Counted from the first letter of the stretch, positions 48,739 through 59,537 are shown. The stretch: 64,000 nt of DNA from an uncultured virus (IMG/VR IMGVR_UViG_3300025789_000021) (IMGVR_UViG_3300025789_000021), one strand, 5' to 3'. A program made the numbers and translations. The notes: generated by a model not told the origin, from the letters alone.

Positions 48739-51700
48739 ATGGATATTGATCCAAATTTGTTGGAAGATTTCAATGAGCAATTGCGACAGATGACTGACCT
48801 TATGGGACAGAATAATTCTGTTATGTCTTCGTATTTAAAGAGTCTTAATGATCTTACATCATCTACATCTGACAGTACAAATGCTACGCAAAAAAATACT
48901 ACTGCCAATAATAACGCATCACAGGCAGCACAAGACTTGGCAAATGCTGAAGAGTATTCTGCAAGAAAGATAAAAGAGGCACAAGCTAATCTTGAACTTT
49001 CATTTAGGTATGCATCCACTGGATTATTAGGGTTTGGTAGTGCGGCACTCAGTGGTAAAGAAGGGTTAGAAAAATATTCTGGATCATTAACTAATGCCGG
49101 AGTTGCTGCATCTAAGATTGCTGAAAACTTTGGACTACTAGGCACAGCAGTTGGCTTAGCTATCCAAGCACTTACTAAATTTGGCGCTGATGCGTTAAAA
49201 TTAGTAGATCAAACTACAAATTTTAGAGACGAATTAGCAAAATCTACTGGTGTTGTTACTACCTCTTTAGAAAATATTGACCGATTCTCACGGGAAGCGA
49301 AATTTTCTGGAGAAAGAATGGCTATTCTTCAGAAAGCTACCAGTGGTCTAGGAACAAGTCTTACTGCGTTAGGTGGTTCTGCCGATCAGGGTGCCACCCA
49401 ATTTATGAAAATGGCCTCATTGGGCAAAGATGCTGACGAAACCCGTAAACGATTTGGTATGATGGGCATCTCACAAGAACGCTTAATAGACATGCAATCC
49501 AAATATATAGATTTGCAGGGTAAATCGGGTTCCGCATATGCATTGCAGCACATGACAATGGGACAATTACAGAAACAGTCATTAGAATACGTAGAAAATT
49601 TAGCGCGAATGTCATCACTAACTGGTGAAAGTGCTGATAAATTACAATCCGACCGAGATTCTCTTGCTTCCACCCAAGCAGTGCAATTGGGACGCCGCCG
49701 AGAAATGCTTGATTTACAAGAAATAGGTAAGACTCAAGGAATTAAATCACAGGCATATCAAGATAAATTAAAAGAAGTCAATGATCACGAAAAAATGTTG
49801 AGTTCATTGTCTGATAGATTTGGCGCAAAACAGGCTGCTGCTCTTGGTGAATATATGTATCAAGGCATCAGTAAAAATAATGCATCACAAGTAGTTGGCT
49901 CTCCGGAAGTATTAACAGCCATAGATCGTGCTAAATCTGGTCAATTGTCTCCGGATCAGTTTGATTCAGCAGCAGTAAATGCAAGAAATGCTGCTGAAAA
50001 TAGATTTGCATACAATCCTGGTGTAATGTACGGGGATAATCCGGAAAATTTAGGTTTTGATTTAGATACACTTAAGAAATCCAATATTGGCTTAAGTGAT
50101 AAAAATGCTGAGCAGACGAAAAAAGAATACGATGATCGCGTAAAATTAATAACTGATACAAATAAAAACCCAATGGCATCTGGTGATGAAGATTTAAAGA
50201 GGCGCGAAAGAAATTTACAATCTTCTTATCAAGAGGGATTGGAAAAATTGATACACTTATTAGGTCCTCTTGGCTTAACGGGAGCAACTTTAGCGGCTAC
50301 AGCCGCATTGTGGGGACTTAGTGGCGCAGCGGTGTTGGGCATTGGTCGCGGTGGATTGTTTGGAAGTATTGGTAATAGACTTTTTGGTAATATGGGCGTA
50401 AAAGCCGCAGGCGCAGCAGAGGGGATCGGTGGAGCAGCAGAGGGGATCGGTGGAGCAGCAGAGGGGATCGGTGGAGCAGGATTATTAGCATCTGGTGCAG
50501 AAATGGAAGCAGGTGGTGTTGCCGCAGATGCCACTGGTGTTGGGGCACCAGTTGGGATAGGAATGAATATTCTGGGTGCGGGCATGATGCTTGGTGGTGC
50601 TGGATTAATGGCATATAATTGGCTAACAGGAAGTGGCGATAATTCATCAGCACAACCAACAACGGCATCCACATCAGATCAAGAAACTCCTCAAACCCCC
50701 GATATAACACGTGATAACGATAACCAAGATAGTGGAGGGAGTGTTGATCAATCCGCTATAGACGCAAGAATGCAAAATACCAGTGGAGGAGGACTGATAG
50801 CAGCATTCAGACGTTTGAATGAGTCTATAAATCGTCTCACACAAAGCGTAGATACGCTGTCAGAGCGGTATGGACAAGATAAAACCGAAGAAGAAGGAGG
50901 AGGAGGAGGAGGAGGAGCAGGAGGAGGAACACCAGCCGGTAACAGTGCAAATGCAGCCGAAGCAATGAAATTTTTTATTGGACAAGGATGGACAAAAAAT
51001 CAAGCTGCTGGGATAGTAGGAAATCTACAGCAAGAATCTGGTGCCAATCTTGATCCAAACATTAGTAATAGTATTGGTATGTATGGTATTGCTCAATGGG
51101 ATACTTCCAGAAGAAAAGAATTTGAGAAAATTTATGGTAAATCAATATATGGTTCTAGCTTTGAAGACCAACTGAAATATGTACAATACGAGCTAACAAA
51201 TGGAAATCGTAAGGCAGCAGGGGATAGATTAAAACAAGCATCAAATGTAAATGATGCAGCGTCAATAGTTACTCGTTTATATGAAGGTGCGGCAGGACAG
51301 GATGATGCTAAAAGAATTGCTAATGCCCAAGCTCTTGCACAAAATACAGATACTAAACAAACAAATTTTGGCGGATTGTTTGGTGGTCTGCCCGGAATCG
51401 GAGGAGGATTTGGTTCAGAATATAACATAGACCCCGCAAATGCTGCACAATATATTAATTTTAGTGGGGCATCAGGTGGACTGCAAAACCTTAATGGACT
51501 CCAACCAAATGTAAAAGCTGCACTAATAAGAGCAGCGCAGCAGTATTATCAACAAACAGGTAGAAAACTAACACTAAACAGCGGCGCGCGCTCACTTCAG
51601 GATCAACAGCGTTTATGGGACAATAGAGCTAATAATCCAAATCCAGTTGCGCCTCCTAATCCAAATTCACCTCACGTGAGAGGTTCTGCCGTGGATATTG

Positions 51701-53340
51701 CTGAGTACAATAATCCTGCTGCATTAAATGCGTTACATTCTGCGGGCTTATATCAAACAGTAAGAGGTGATCCCGTACACTTTGCTTTACAAGCAGCTAA
51801 CGGTGGTTTGTTCTCTGGTCCAGACTCTGGTTATCCCGCACTATTACACGGCACAGAAATGATTGTTCCAGTAGACAATGCTCAGCATAGGGCAGGTAGC
51901 AAACTAGAAGAACTTAACAATTACACTAAATCGGAAACATTAAAGCAATTTAGTAAAGTTGCTGATCCTGACACGACAAGACAGATGAAAGATTTGATGA
52001 ATAGGAATTCATCTGTTTCAGGTCAGGGCGGAACACAGATTTATGATCCAGCCGCAGATAGAAATCTAAGATTAGCTACTGATGATAACAATCTTCTTAA
52101 AGAAATACGAGACGGCATCAACAAAATGCACGGTATTACTAACAAAAATGCAACTGAAAAAGCATCTAAAAAAAGTAAATCTACAGGTAGCAAAAATAAA
52201 TCTGGAAAAGGCTATTTTGAACGGCATCCAACGAGAGCAGGTCCTGCTGCATATCTAGGTACTAAATTGCTCAGCCCGTTTCTCAGTAAAATTTCCTCTG
52301 CTACTGGTAAAGTTTTTTCTGCTGCTAAATCTAAATTAGGTTCCCTGAGCGAAATGCTTTTTGGAAAAACTATCAAGCCTATCCCGGCAGAAGGAAGAGT
52401 AATAGATGGTGTTCGTGTTGGTGGAGGATTTAGAGCAGAAGCAACTCCTAATAGTCCATTAGGCAAGGCATTATTACAAAAAGAAGCAGAAGAATCAAAA
52501 GGGCTTTTACCTAAATTAGCTGAAAGAATTAGTACATTAACAAAAACCTCATTTGCAAGATTATCTGGCGCGGGAGAAAGCGTAAGCTTAGCAGCAAGTA
52601 AAGCATTTGAACCCATAACCCGAATGGCTAGTAAAATAACAGGACCTGTCGGGAAGTTAGTAGCGAAAGCTGGCGGCGGACTTGCTGGCGGAATATCTGG
52701 TATTTTCTCGGGATACGAAGAATATTCTGCTGATAAAAAGAAAGGTAATTCAACTAAAACTTCACTCAAAAAAGCTGGCACAGTTGGAACAGGTGCGGCA
52801 GTGGGTGCAGGCATTGGTGAATTAGCAGGCGGGACACTTGGATCATTGATTGGACCTGTTGGCACCGTACTTGGCGCTACTGCCGGTGGTGCAATAGGTA
52901 GTTGGCTAGGAGAAAAGGGCGGCAAACTACTCGCTGATTATATGGTAAAGGATGATGCTAAGAAAAAAGCTACAGTGCATCCAATAAAGCATCCAATAAA
53001 GCATGAAGAAAATTCTGAATATATTAGAGATTTCAAAATACAACGTCAGCCCAGACTTCAATTGGCTGTTGCAACGCCATCTTTTGATAATTCTATAAAT
53101 TCATATAGCCCTGCCAATACGTCTAGTAAAATCGGTAGGGAACAAAATACTCCACATAATATTGAACAGCATCGTCCTCAGGAGTATGTACAAAATCAAC
53201 AAAATAATGAAACTTCAAGACATTTTGAAAAACTTAATGGAACAATGGAATCACAGTCTGCTAAGATAGATTATCTACACCGAGCGCAACAGGAAACTAA
53301 TAATCACTTAGCTGCAATATATCGTCATATACGTGAGTGA
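48739..53340 (+). CDS. Tape measure-like protein with tail lysozyme and M15 peptidase domains
   Basis: Helical Ala/Gly-rich body; GWTKNQAAGIVGNLQQES..GIAQW (phage tail lysozyme type); SGARS..DQQRLW...SPH..G.AVD...DPVH (M15 zinc peptidase). Confidence 0.8.
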   Translation: MDIDPNLLEDFNEQLRQMTDLMGQNNSVMSSYLKSLNDLTSSTSDSTNATQKNTTANNNASQAAQDLANAEEYSARKIKEAQANLELSFRYASTGLLGFGSAALSGKEGLEKYSGSLTNAGVAASKIAENFGLLGTAVGLAIQALTKFGADALKLVDQTTNFRDELAKSTGVVTTSLENIDRFSREAKFSGERMAILQKATSGLGTSLTALGGSADQGATQFMKMASLGKDADETRKRFGMMGISQERLIDMQSKYIDLQGKSGSAYALQHMTMGQLQKQSLEYVENLARMSSLTGESADKLQSDRDSLASTQAVQLGRRREMLDLQEIGKTQGIKSQAYQDKLKEVNDHEKMLSSLSDRFGAKQAAALGEYMYQGISKNNASQVVGSPEVLTAIDRAKSGQLSPDQFDSAAVNARNAAENRFAYNPGVMYGDNPENLGFDLDTLKKSNIGLSDKNAEQTKKEYDDRVKLITDTNKNPMASGDEDLKRRERNLQSSYQEGLEKLIHLLGPLGLTGATLAATAALWGLSGAAVLGIGRGGLFGSIGNRLFGNMGVKAAGAAEGIGGAAEGIGGAAEGIGGAGLLASGAEMEAGGVAADATGVGAPVGIGMNILGAGMMLGGAGLMAYNWLTGSGDNSSAQPTTASTSDQETPQTPDITRDNDNQDSGGSVDQSAIDARMQNTSGGGLIAAFRRLNESINRLTQSVDTLSERYGQDKTEEEGGGGGGGAGGGTPAGNSANAAEAMKFFIGQGWTKNQAAGIVGNLQQESGANLDPNISNSIGMYGIAQWDTSRRKEFEKIYGKSIYGSSFEDQLKYVQYELTNGNRKAAGDRLKQASNVNDAASIVTRLYEGAAGQDDAKRIANAQALAQNTDTKQTNFGGLFGGLPGIGGGFGSEYNIDPANAAQYINFSGASGGLQNLNGLQPNVKAALIRAAQQYYQQTGRKLTLNSGARSLQDQQRLWDNRANNPNPVAPPNPNSPHVRGSAVDIAEYNNPAALNALHSAGLYQTVRGDPVHFALQAANGGLFSGPDSGYPALLHGTEMIVPVDNAQHRAGSKLEELNNYTKSETLKQFSKVADPDTTRQMKDLMNRNSSVSGQGGTQIYDPAADRNLRLATDDNNLLKEIRDGINKMHGITNKNATEKASKKSKSTGSKNKSGKGYFERHPTRAGPAAYLGTKLLSPFLSKISSATGKVFSAAKSKLGSLSEMLFGKTIKPIPAEGRVIDGVRVGGGFRAEATPNSPLGKALLQKEAEESKGLLPKLAERISTLTKTSFARLSGAGESVSLAASKAFEPITRMASKITGPVGKLVAKAGGGLAGGISGIFSGYEEYSADKKKGNSTKTSLKKAGTVGTGAAVGAGIGELAGGTLGSLIGPVGTVLGATAGGAIGSWLGEKGGKLLADYMVKDDAKKKATVHPIKHPIKHEENSEYIRDFKIQRQPRLQLAVATPSFDNSINSYSPANTSSKIGREQNTPHNIEQHRPQEYVQNQQNNETSRHFEKLNGTMESQSAKIDYLHRAQQETNNHLAAIYRHIRE
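50413..50479. repeat. Exact 21-bp tandem repeat, three copies (AAEGIGG)
   Basis: gcagcagaggggatcggtgga at 50413, 50434 and 50455. Confidence 0.9.
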
Positions 53341-53374
53341 TACTAAATAGTCTATAACTAAGAGAAATAGGTTC

Positions 53375-55171
53375 ATGGCATATAAAAAGAAATTTGTAAA
53401 TAAGAGCGGGGTTTCTTCGCCAATCTCTGGTGCAAACAGTAATGCAGGCGCTTGGAATGGCTCGCCCGGTCAAAACGGAATGCCAACTGGTGGCTGGAAC
53501 AACGATGACTTTGGGTATAAGAACTACATGTCTAGGCTTCCAGAAGTCTACACAGGTCACCCAAATAGAGTTGAACGTTACAATCAGTATGAAATGATGG
53601 ATGTTGATGCTGAAATCAACGCCTGTTTAGACATTCTTGCTGAATTTTCTACTCAGCGCAATGAACATAACAAGACTCCATTTGAAATTGAATTTAAAGA
53701 TGATCCAACTCCCCACGAAGTAGAATTGCTTACTAAACAGTTGCAACAGTGGTCAAAACTAAATGAATTTGACGTTCGCATGTTCAAGGTATTCAGAAAC
53801 GTGGTAAAGTATGGCGATCAGGTTTTCGTGCGTGACCCAGAAACATTTAAATTATTTTGGATTGACATGGTTAAGGTTATCAAGGTCATTGTTAATGAAT
53901 CCGAAGGTAAGAAACCAGAACAATATGTAATTAAAGACATCAATATCAATTTACAAAACCTCAGCGCGGCACAGAAGACTAATACTGACTTTGCTGCTAA
54001 TCCCGCAACTGGTCTTGGTGGTTCTGGTGGAGGAACCAATACTCCATATACTGTTCCAGCAATGCCTTACAATACCTCTGGATCAAGATTTACTCTTGGA
54101 CAGTCTGAATCGGCAATTGATGCTAAGCACGTAGTTCACCTATCATTGACAGAAGGACTTGATCGTTTCTGGCCATTTGGGCAGTCTATTCTTGAAAACA
54201 TCTTCAAGGTTTACAAGCAAAAAGAACTGCTTGAAGATGCAGTCCTTATCTATCGTGTTCAAAGAGCACCAGAACGAAGAGTATTTAAAATTGACGTAGG
54301 TAATATGCCATCACACATGGCAATGGCATTTGTTGATCGCGTCAAGAATGAAATTCACCAAAGACGTATTCCTTCTGTTTATGGTGGATCATCTGTAGTT
54401 GACGCAAGTTATAATCCACTCTCAATGAACGAAGATTATTTCTTTCCAGTTACAGCAGAAGGTCGCGGTTCAACTGTTGATATTCTTCCGGGTGGACAGA
54501 ATCTTGGTGAAATTGATGACTTGAAATATTTTAATAATCGTCTTGCGCGTGGTCTCCGTGTTCCAAGCTCATATCTACCAACTGGACCCGATGATAATAC
54601 TACTCCAATGAATGACGGGCGTGTTGGCACAGCGATGATTCAGGAATTTAGATTTAACCAATACTGTGAACGACTGCAAAATTATATTTGTTTGAAATTG
54701 GATGAAGAGTTTAAACTTTTCCTCCGTTGGAGAGGATTTAATATTGATCCCGGTTTATTTGGTATTAAATTTAACGCACCACAAAATTTTGCGTCATATC
54801 GTCAATCAGAAATGGATAGTGCTCGCGTTTCAACTTTTGCAACAATGGAATCCTTTCCGTATATATCAAAACGCTTTGCTCTTGAAAGATTCTTAGGTCT
54901 TACCGAAGAAGAAATTAAGAAAAATGAAAAGATGTGGAATGAAGAAAATGCTGATGATATGCTTAATGAACCACAAGGTTCTGATTTGAGAAACATTGGT
55001 ATATCTACTGGTGATTTCCAAGCAGATTCAGATACGGCAGATCAGATTGACCAAGCATCGCAACAAGGACCAGAAAGTGAAATGGGAGTAGCTGGGCCAG
55101 TTGCGTCCGATGTTGGTGGTGCAGTTGCCGCAGGCGGCGGCGCAGCCGCTGGTCCATTGGGGAATAGTTAA
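53375..55171 (+). CDS. gp20: Portal protein (T4 gp20-like)
   Basis: LLEDAVLIYRVQRAPERRVFKIDVGNMP, EDYFFP...GRGS.V..LPGGQNLGEIDD..YF motifs. Confidence 0.95.
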   Translation: MAYKKKFVNKSGVSSPISGANSNAGAWNGSPGQNGMPTGGWNNDDFGYKNYMSRLPEVYTGHPNRVERYNQYEMMDVDAEINACLDILAEFSTQRNEHNKTPFEIEFKDDPTPHEVELLTKQLQQWSKLNEFDVRMFKVFRNVVKYGDQVFVRDPETFKLFWIDMVKVIKVIVNESEGKKPEQYVIKDININLQNLSAAQKTNTDFAANPATGLGGSGGGTNTPYTVPAMPYNTSGSRFTLGQSESAIDAKHVVHLSLTEGLDRFWPFGQSILENIFKVYKQKELLEDAVLIYRVQRAPERRVFKIDVGNMPSHMAMAFVDRVKNEIHQRRIPSVYGGSSVVDASYNPLSMNEDYFFPVTAEGRGSTVDILPGGQNLGEIDDLKYFNNRLARGLRVPSSYLPTGPDDNTTPMNDGRVGTAMIQEFRFNQYCERLQNYICLKLDEEFKLFLRWRGFNIDPGLFGIKFNAPQNFASYRQSEMDSARVSTFATMESFPYISKRFALERFLGLTEEEIKKNEKMWNEENADDMLNEPQGSDLRNIGISTGDFQADSDTADQIDQASQQGPESEMGVAGPVASDVGGAVAAGGGAAAGPLGNS

Positions 55172-55189
55172 TCAGGGATAAATAGTTAT

Positions 55190-55432
55190 ATGAAACTAAA
55201 TGAAATGTTTGCACCACCAATAAATGGTTTACAGGATGTCAACTCTGACAATAGCAGACCCGCGTGGAGAACATCCCGTAAAACTAAATTAACATTAACG
55301 CAAATACGTAAACTACGCCGTATGTTAGATTTAAGAAATTACGAGCGTAAAAAACACTTAGAAAAAGTGCGTAAACAATATGGTGCTAAGCCAGAAGTCG
55401 GAGCAAGTATGGCTCCTCCAGCAATTGCATAA
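55190..55432 (+). CDS. Small basic head-region protein
   Basis: 80 aa, RKTKLTL.QIRKLR; located between portal and scaffold genes. Confidence 0.7.
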   Translation: MKLNEMFAPPINGLQDVNSDNSRPAWRTSRKTKLTLTQIRKLRRMLDLRNYERKKHLEKVRKQYGAKPEVGASMAPPAIA

Positions 55433-55525
55433 TCATAAAAATCAAAAAACACACACTTATTGAGTTGTTTTCTTGCATATGGGTTAAATATATTCACAAA
55501 GCCATTTGTATCAGGAGACAATTTA

Positions 55526-56371
55526 ATGGATATTAGAAAATACGAAAAGTTGATCAATTTAGTTATCAACGAAGACCAAGCAGCAGCAGACGCACTTTTC
55601 CACGAAATCGTAGTTGAAAAATCACGCGAAATCTTTGAATCAATCATGGCTGACGAAGACATGATGGACGAAGGTATGGGTGGACAAGTTGGCGATATGC
55701 TTGACGAAATTAATGCCGAAGAAGCAGGTGTCACCGAAGAAGAAGATATTGACTTTGATCAGGACATGGAAATGGACGACATGGACGACATGGACGGCAT
55801 TGATATGGATGATGAACACGAAGACGACATGGGACACATGGAACATGAAGAAATTGAAGATGCCGTAATTCGCATTGAAGACAAACTTGACCAGTTGATG
55901 GCTGAATTTGAAGACATCATGGGCGGCGACAAAATGGACCACATGGATGATGAAGACGAAGATGCTGACATGGGAGACGATGATCAGGACTTTGGTAACG
56001 ACGAAGAAGAACCAATGATGGAAAACGTCAATCTTCATAAAGTTTCAGTAACTCACGGCGACAACGGTCAAAACACCAAGTCTACTGTAGCATTTAACTC
56101 AGGCCAATCAGGAATGGACAGTCGTCCAGTTAAGTTCTCTGGCGATGCAGAATCAGTCCCTACCAGCCCTAAGAAGCCAAGTGATTACTTGACCAAAGGC
56201 GAAGGAAATCTTCCGGGCGCAGGAAATTTCAAAAACGTACCGGGAAAGAATAATTTCAAAGAAAAGGGCGACACTGCACCTAAGCCAAAGCATGGTGATG
56301 ATGGATCAAACTTCCGTAGTCCAGTAGCAGAATCACGTAATCGTGCTCCTACTCGTAGACCACAGCGTTAA
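55526..56371 (+). CDS. Acidic prohead core / scaffolding-type protein
   Basis: Very Asp/Glu/Met-rich; AGGAG before ATG 55526; sits in the gp67/68 position. Confidence 0.65.
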   Translation: MDIRKYEKLINLVINEDQAAADALFHEIVVEKSREIFESIMADEDMMDEGMGGQVGDMLDEINAEEAGVTEEEDIDFDQDMEMDDMDDMDGIDMDDEHEDDMGHMEHEEIEDAVIRIEDKLDQLMAEFEDIMGGDKMDHMDDEDEDADMGDDDQDFGNDEEEPMMENVNLHKVSVTHGDNGQNTKSTVAFNSGQSGMDSRPVKFSGDAESVPTSPKKPSDYLTKGEGNLPGAGNFKNVPGKNNFKEKGDTAPKPKHGDDGSNFRSPVAESRNRAPTRRPQR

Positions 56372-56515
56372 TAGGAATCTGAAAGCAGATGGCTTTGCTG
56401 TATCAGAGAAATGAGAAACAGACAACCGCTAAGTCGGGGCTGTTTACGAGTGAATGGGTCCGTATTAATACGGACCCATATGCTCTATCTGATCAGAAAT
56501 CAAAGGAAATTTACA

Positions 56516-57157
56516 ATGATTCCTAATAGAAAAATATTACAAGAATTCTTGTCACCGTTAGCATCAAACACGATAATTGAATCGGTTGATACAGGTAACG
56601 GAAAAAATTTATACATGAAGGGTATATTCATTCAGGGAAACGTCAAGAACGCAAATGAAAGAATATATCCAGTTGAAGAAATCAACAGAGCAGTCAGAAC
56701 ACTAAACGAACAAATAACCAATGGATATTCTGTTTTAGGTGAAGTTGACCATCCTGATGATCTTAAAATTAACCTAGACCGCGTTAGTCACTGCATTACC
56801 ACTATGGATATGGATGGACCAAACGGCGTAGGTAAATTAAAAATTCTCCCAACTCCAATGGGTGATCTTGTCAAGACAATGTTGGAGTCGGGTGTCAAGC
56901 TAGGTGTATCAAGTCGTGGTTCGGGTAACGTAAGCGACATGGATGGCCGCGTCAGTGATTTTGAAATAATCACTGTAGATATTGTTGCACAACCAAGTGC
57001 TCCAAACGCATATCCCAAGGCAATTTATGAAGGACTTCTGAATATGAAGTACGGACATAAGGCACTTGAGATTGCCAAAGAAGCACAAGGCAACAAACAA
57101 GTACAGAGATACCTTGCTGAGGAAGTAAAACGCCTCATCAATGATCTTAAATTATAA
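56516..57157 (+). CDS. gp21: Prohead protease (gp21-like)
   Basis: GIFIQ..VKNAN.RIYP, LGEVDHP, LGVSSRGSG and DIVAQPSAPNAYP; AAGGA before ATG 56516. Confidence 0.93.
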   Translation: MIPNRKILQEFLSPLASNTIIESVDTGNGKNLYMKGIFIQGNVKNANERIYPVEEINRAVRTLNEQITNGYSVLGEVDHPDDLKINLDRVSHCITTMDMDGPNGVGKLKILPTPMGDLVKTMLESGVKLGVSSRGSGNVSDMDGRVSDFEIITVDIVAQPSAPNAYPKAIYEGLLNMKYGHKALEIAKEAQGNKQVQRYLAEEVKRLINDLKL

Positions 57158-57169
57158 AGGGGACTAAGC

Positions 57170-58276
57170 ATGCTAGATGCCATAAAGCCATTACTAGAAA
57201 GCGGTCTTATCAACGAAGACGTAGGCAGAGAATTAAACGAAGCCTGGGAATCTAAGTTGAATGAAGCCCGTAATCAAGTTCGTGCAGAACTTCATGAAGA
57301 ATTTGCACAACGCTATGAACACGATAGAATGGTTATGGTAGAATCCCTTGATAAGATGATTACCGCTCATCTCGCAGATGAAATTTCAGAATTCGCATCT
57401 GAGAGAGCAGCAATGAATGAAGACAGAGTAAAAAATCAAATTAAACTGCGTGAAAGTGCAACTAAGTTCAATGATTTCATGGTTACTAAATTAGCCGAAG
57501 AAATTCGTGAACTTCGTTCAGATCGTAAAGTTCAGATGGAAAATCAGAAGAAGTTGGAACAATTTATTGTTCATGCTTTGGCTCGTGAAATCAAAGAATT
57601 TGCTATTGATAGAGAAGCAGTTGTTGAAGCAAAAGTCAAGCTCGTTGCTGAAGGTCGCCAACAAATTGAAGCACTTAAGGACAAATTCGTTACTGAAAGT
57701 GCCAAGAAAGTCAGCACCATGGTTGGAAATCACCTCAAGGGTGAACTATCACAACTAAAAGAAGACATTAAAATCGCAAGAGAAAACAATTTCGGTCGCA
57801 AGATTTTCGAATCCTTCGCAAGTGAATTCTCAGTAACTTATCTAAATGATAAGGCTGAAACTCGCAAGGTAATGAATGCTCTTGTAGCAAAAGACCGTCA
57901 ACTTGCAGAAGCCAAATCTCAGTTGCAGAAAGCAGCTAAGATCGTTGAAAGCAAGGAACGTGAAGTTCGCATTATTAAGGAATCAACTCAACGTGAGAAG
58001 ACAATGGAAGACCTATTGTCAACTCTCAATGACGAAAAAGCCTCAGTAATGAGAAGTTTACTTGAAAGCGTTCAGACACCTAAATTGAAGAACGCATTCG
58101 ACAAATATTTACCAGCGGTACTTAATACCGGTTCAACACAAAAGGCCCAAAAGACCTCATTGACTGAATCCGTTATTGCAGAGGCAACTGGTAATAAAAC
58201 TGTCCAGAAACCAATTGAGATTGATACATACGAAAAAGATAACGTAATCGATCTTAAGCGCCTGGCAGGGCTATAA
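57170..58276 (+). CDS. gp22: Prohead core scaffold (gp22-like)
   Basis: Coiled-coil, Glu/Lys-rich protein between protease and major capsid genes. Confidence 0.8.
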   Translation: MLDAIKPLLESGLINEDVGRELNEAWESKLNEARNQVRAELHEEFAQRYEHDRMVMVESLDKMITAHLADEISEFASERAAMNEDRVKNQIKLRESATKFNDFMVTKLAEEIRELRSDRKVQMENQKKLEQFIVHALAREIKEFAIDREAVVEAKVKLVAEGRQQIEALKDKFVTESAKKVSTMVGNHLKGELSQLKEDIKIARENNFGRKIFESFASEFSVTYLNDKAETRKVMNALVAKDRQLAEAKSQLQKAAKIVESKEREVRIIKESTQREKTMEDLLSTLNDEKASVMRSLLESVQTPKLKNAFDKYLPAVLNTGSTQKAQKTSLTESVIAEATGNKTVQKPIEIDTYEKDNVIDLKRLAGL

Positions 58277-58301
58277 TAAAGACATATTAGGAGATATAAA
58301 C

Positions 58302-59498
58302 ATGTCAAAAGTACTATTAGAAAGCCGTTGGGGCGAAACAAAAGATGCTCTGCTTGAAGGCTTAAAGGGCAATCGTCGCTCAACAATGGGTGTTATCCTT
58401 GAAAATACTAAAAAGCAGTTGCTTGCAGAATCTTCTGCTGGCACGACTACTGCTGGTAATATCGCAACTCTAAACCGCGTTATTCTTCCAGTTATTCGCC
58501 GTGTTATGCCAACTGTTATTGCAAACGAACTCGTAGGCGTTCAGCCAATGACTGGTCCAGTTGGACAGATTCACACTCTTCGTGTTCGTTACGCTCAGTC
58601 ATTGACTGACAACTCAGCAGCACAGACTTCGGTCGTTGCTGGTGAAGAAGCACTTTCACCATTCAAGATCGCGCAGGCATATTCCCGCGTACCAGCAGCA
58701 ACTACAAGCACTAATTATTACACTGGTGCGGACACTGCTTCACTTGAAGGCGACGGTGGTAAGCAGATCAGCGTACAAATCCTCAGACAGGCTGTTGAAG
58801 CCAAGTCACGTAAATTGCAAGCACGTTGGACTTTTGAAGCTGCTCAGGACGCTCAATCACAACACGGGATTGACGTTGAAGCAGAAATCATGGCAGCACT
58901 TGCACAGGAAATTACTGCTGAAATCGATCAGGAAATCTTGCTTTCATTGGCAACTCTTGCATCAACTGAATACACCTTCAACCAAGCAACTGTTTCAGGT
59001 ACTGCTACTTACGTTGGTGACGAACATGCTGCTCTTGCTGTTCTTATCAACCGCGTTGCAAACTTGATCGCACAGCGCACTCGTCGCGGTGCAGGTAATT
59101 GGGCTGTTGTTTCACCAGCATCATTGACTGTTCTTCAATCAGCAACTACTTCTGCATTTGCACGTACAACAGAAGGTACATTTGAAGCTCCAACTAACAC
59201 CAAGTTCGTTGGTACTTTGAATGGTGCAATGCGCGTATTCGTTAACTCATATGCACCTGACACTCAGCCAGTATTGGTTGGTTATAAGGGTTCATCTGAA
59301 ACTGACGCAGCAGCGTTCTATTGCCCATACATTCCGTTGATGTCATCTGGCGTTGTCCTTGATCCGTCAACTTTCGAACCAGTCGTAAGCTTTATGACGC
59401 GCTACGGATATATCGAGCTTACCAACACTGCCTCAAGTTTTGGGAATGCTGCGGATTACGTTGGAGAAATTGCGGTCCAAAATTTGACGTTCCAATAA
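58302..59498 (+). CDS. gp23: Major capsid protein (gp23-like)
   Basis: GVQPMTGPVGQI, VEAKSRKL.A.WT.E.AQD, EI..EIDQEI, AFYCPYIPL and FMTRYG motifs. Confidence 0.97.
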   Translation: MSKVLLESRWGETKDALLEGLKGNRRSTMGVILENTKKQLLAESSAGTTTAGNIATLNRVILPVIRRVMPTVIANELVGVQPMTGPVGQIHTLRVRYAQSLTDNSAAQTSVVAGEEALSPFKIAQAYSRVPAATTSTNYYTGADTASLEGDGGKQISVQILRQAVEAKSRKLQARWTFEAAQDAQSQHGIDVEAEIMAALAQEITAEIDQEILLSLATLASTEYTFNQATVSGTATYVGDEHAALAVLINRVANLIAQRTRRGAGNWAVVSPASLTVLQSATTSAFARTTEGTFEAPTNTKFVGTLNGAMRVFVNSYAPDTQPVLVGYKGSSETDAAAFYCPYIPLMSSGVVLDPSTFEPVVSFMTRYGYIELTNTASSFGNAADYVGEIAVQNLTFQ

Positions 59499-59537
59499 GT
59501 TTAACACAACTTATTACGAAAGTAAAGCAAAAAAATG

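Noticed and set aside
53375..59498. Inteins or introns in portal, protease or capsid genes
   Set aside because: Conserved motifs are contiguous and no intein block A/G signatures were seen.
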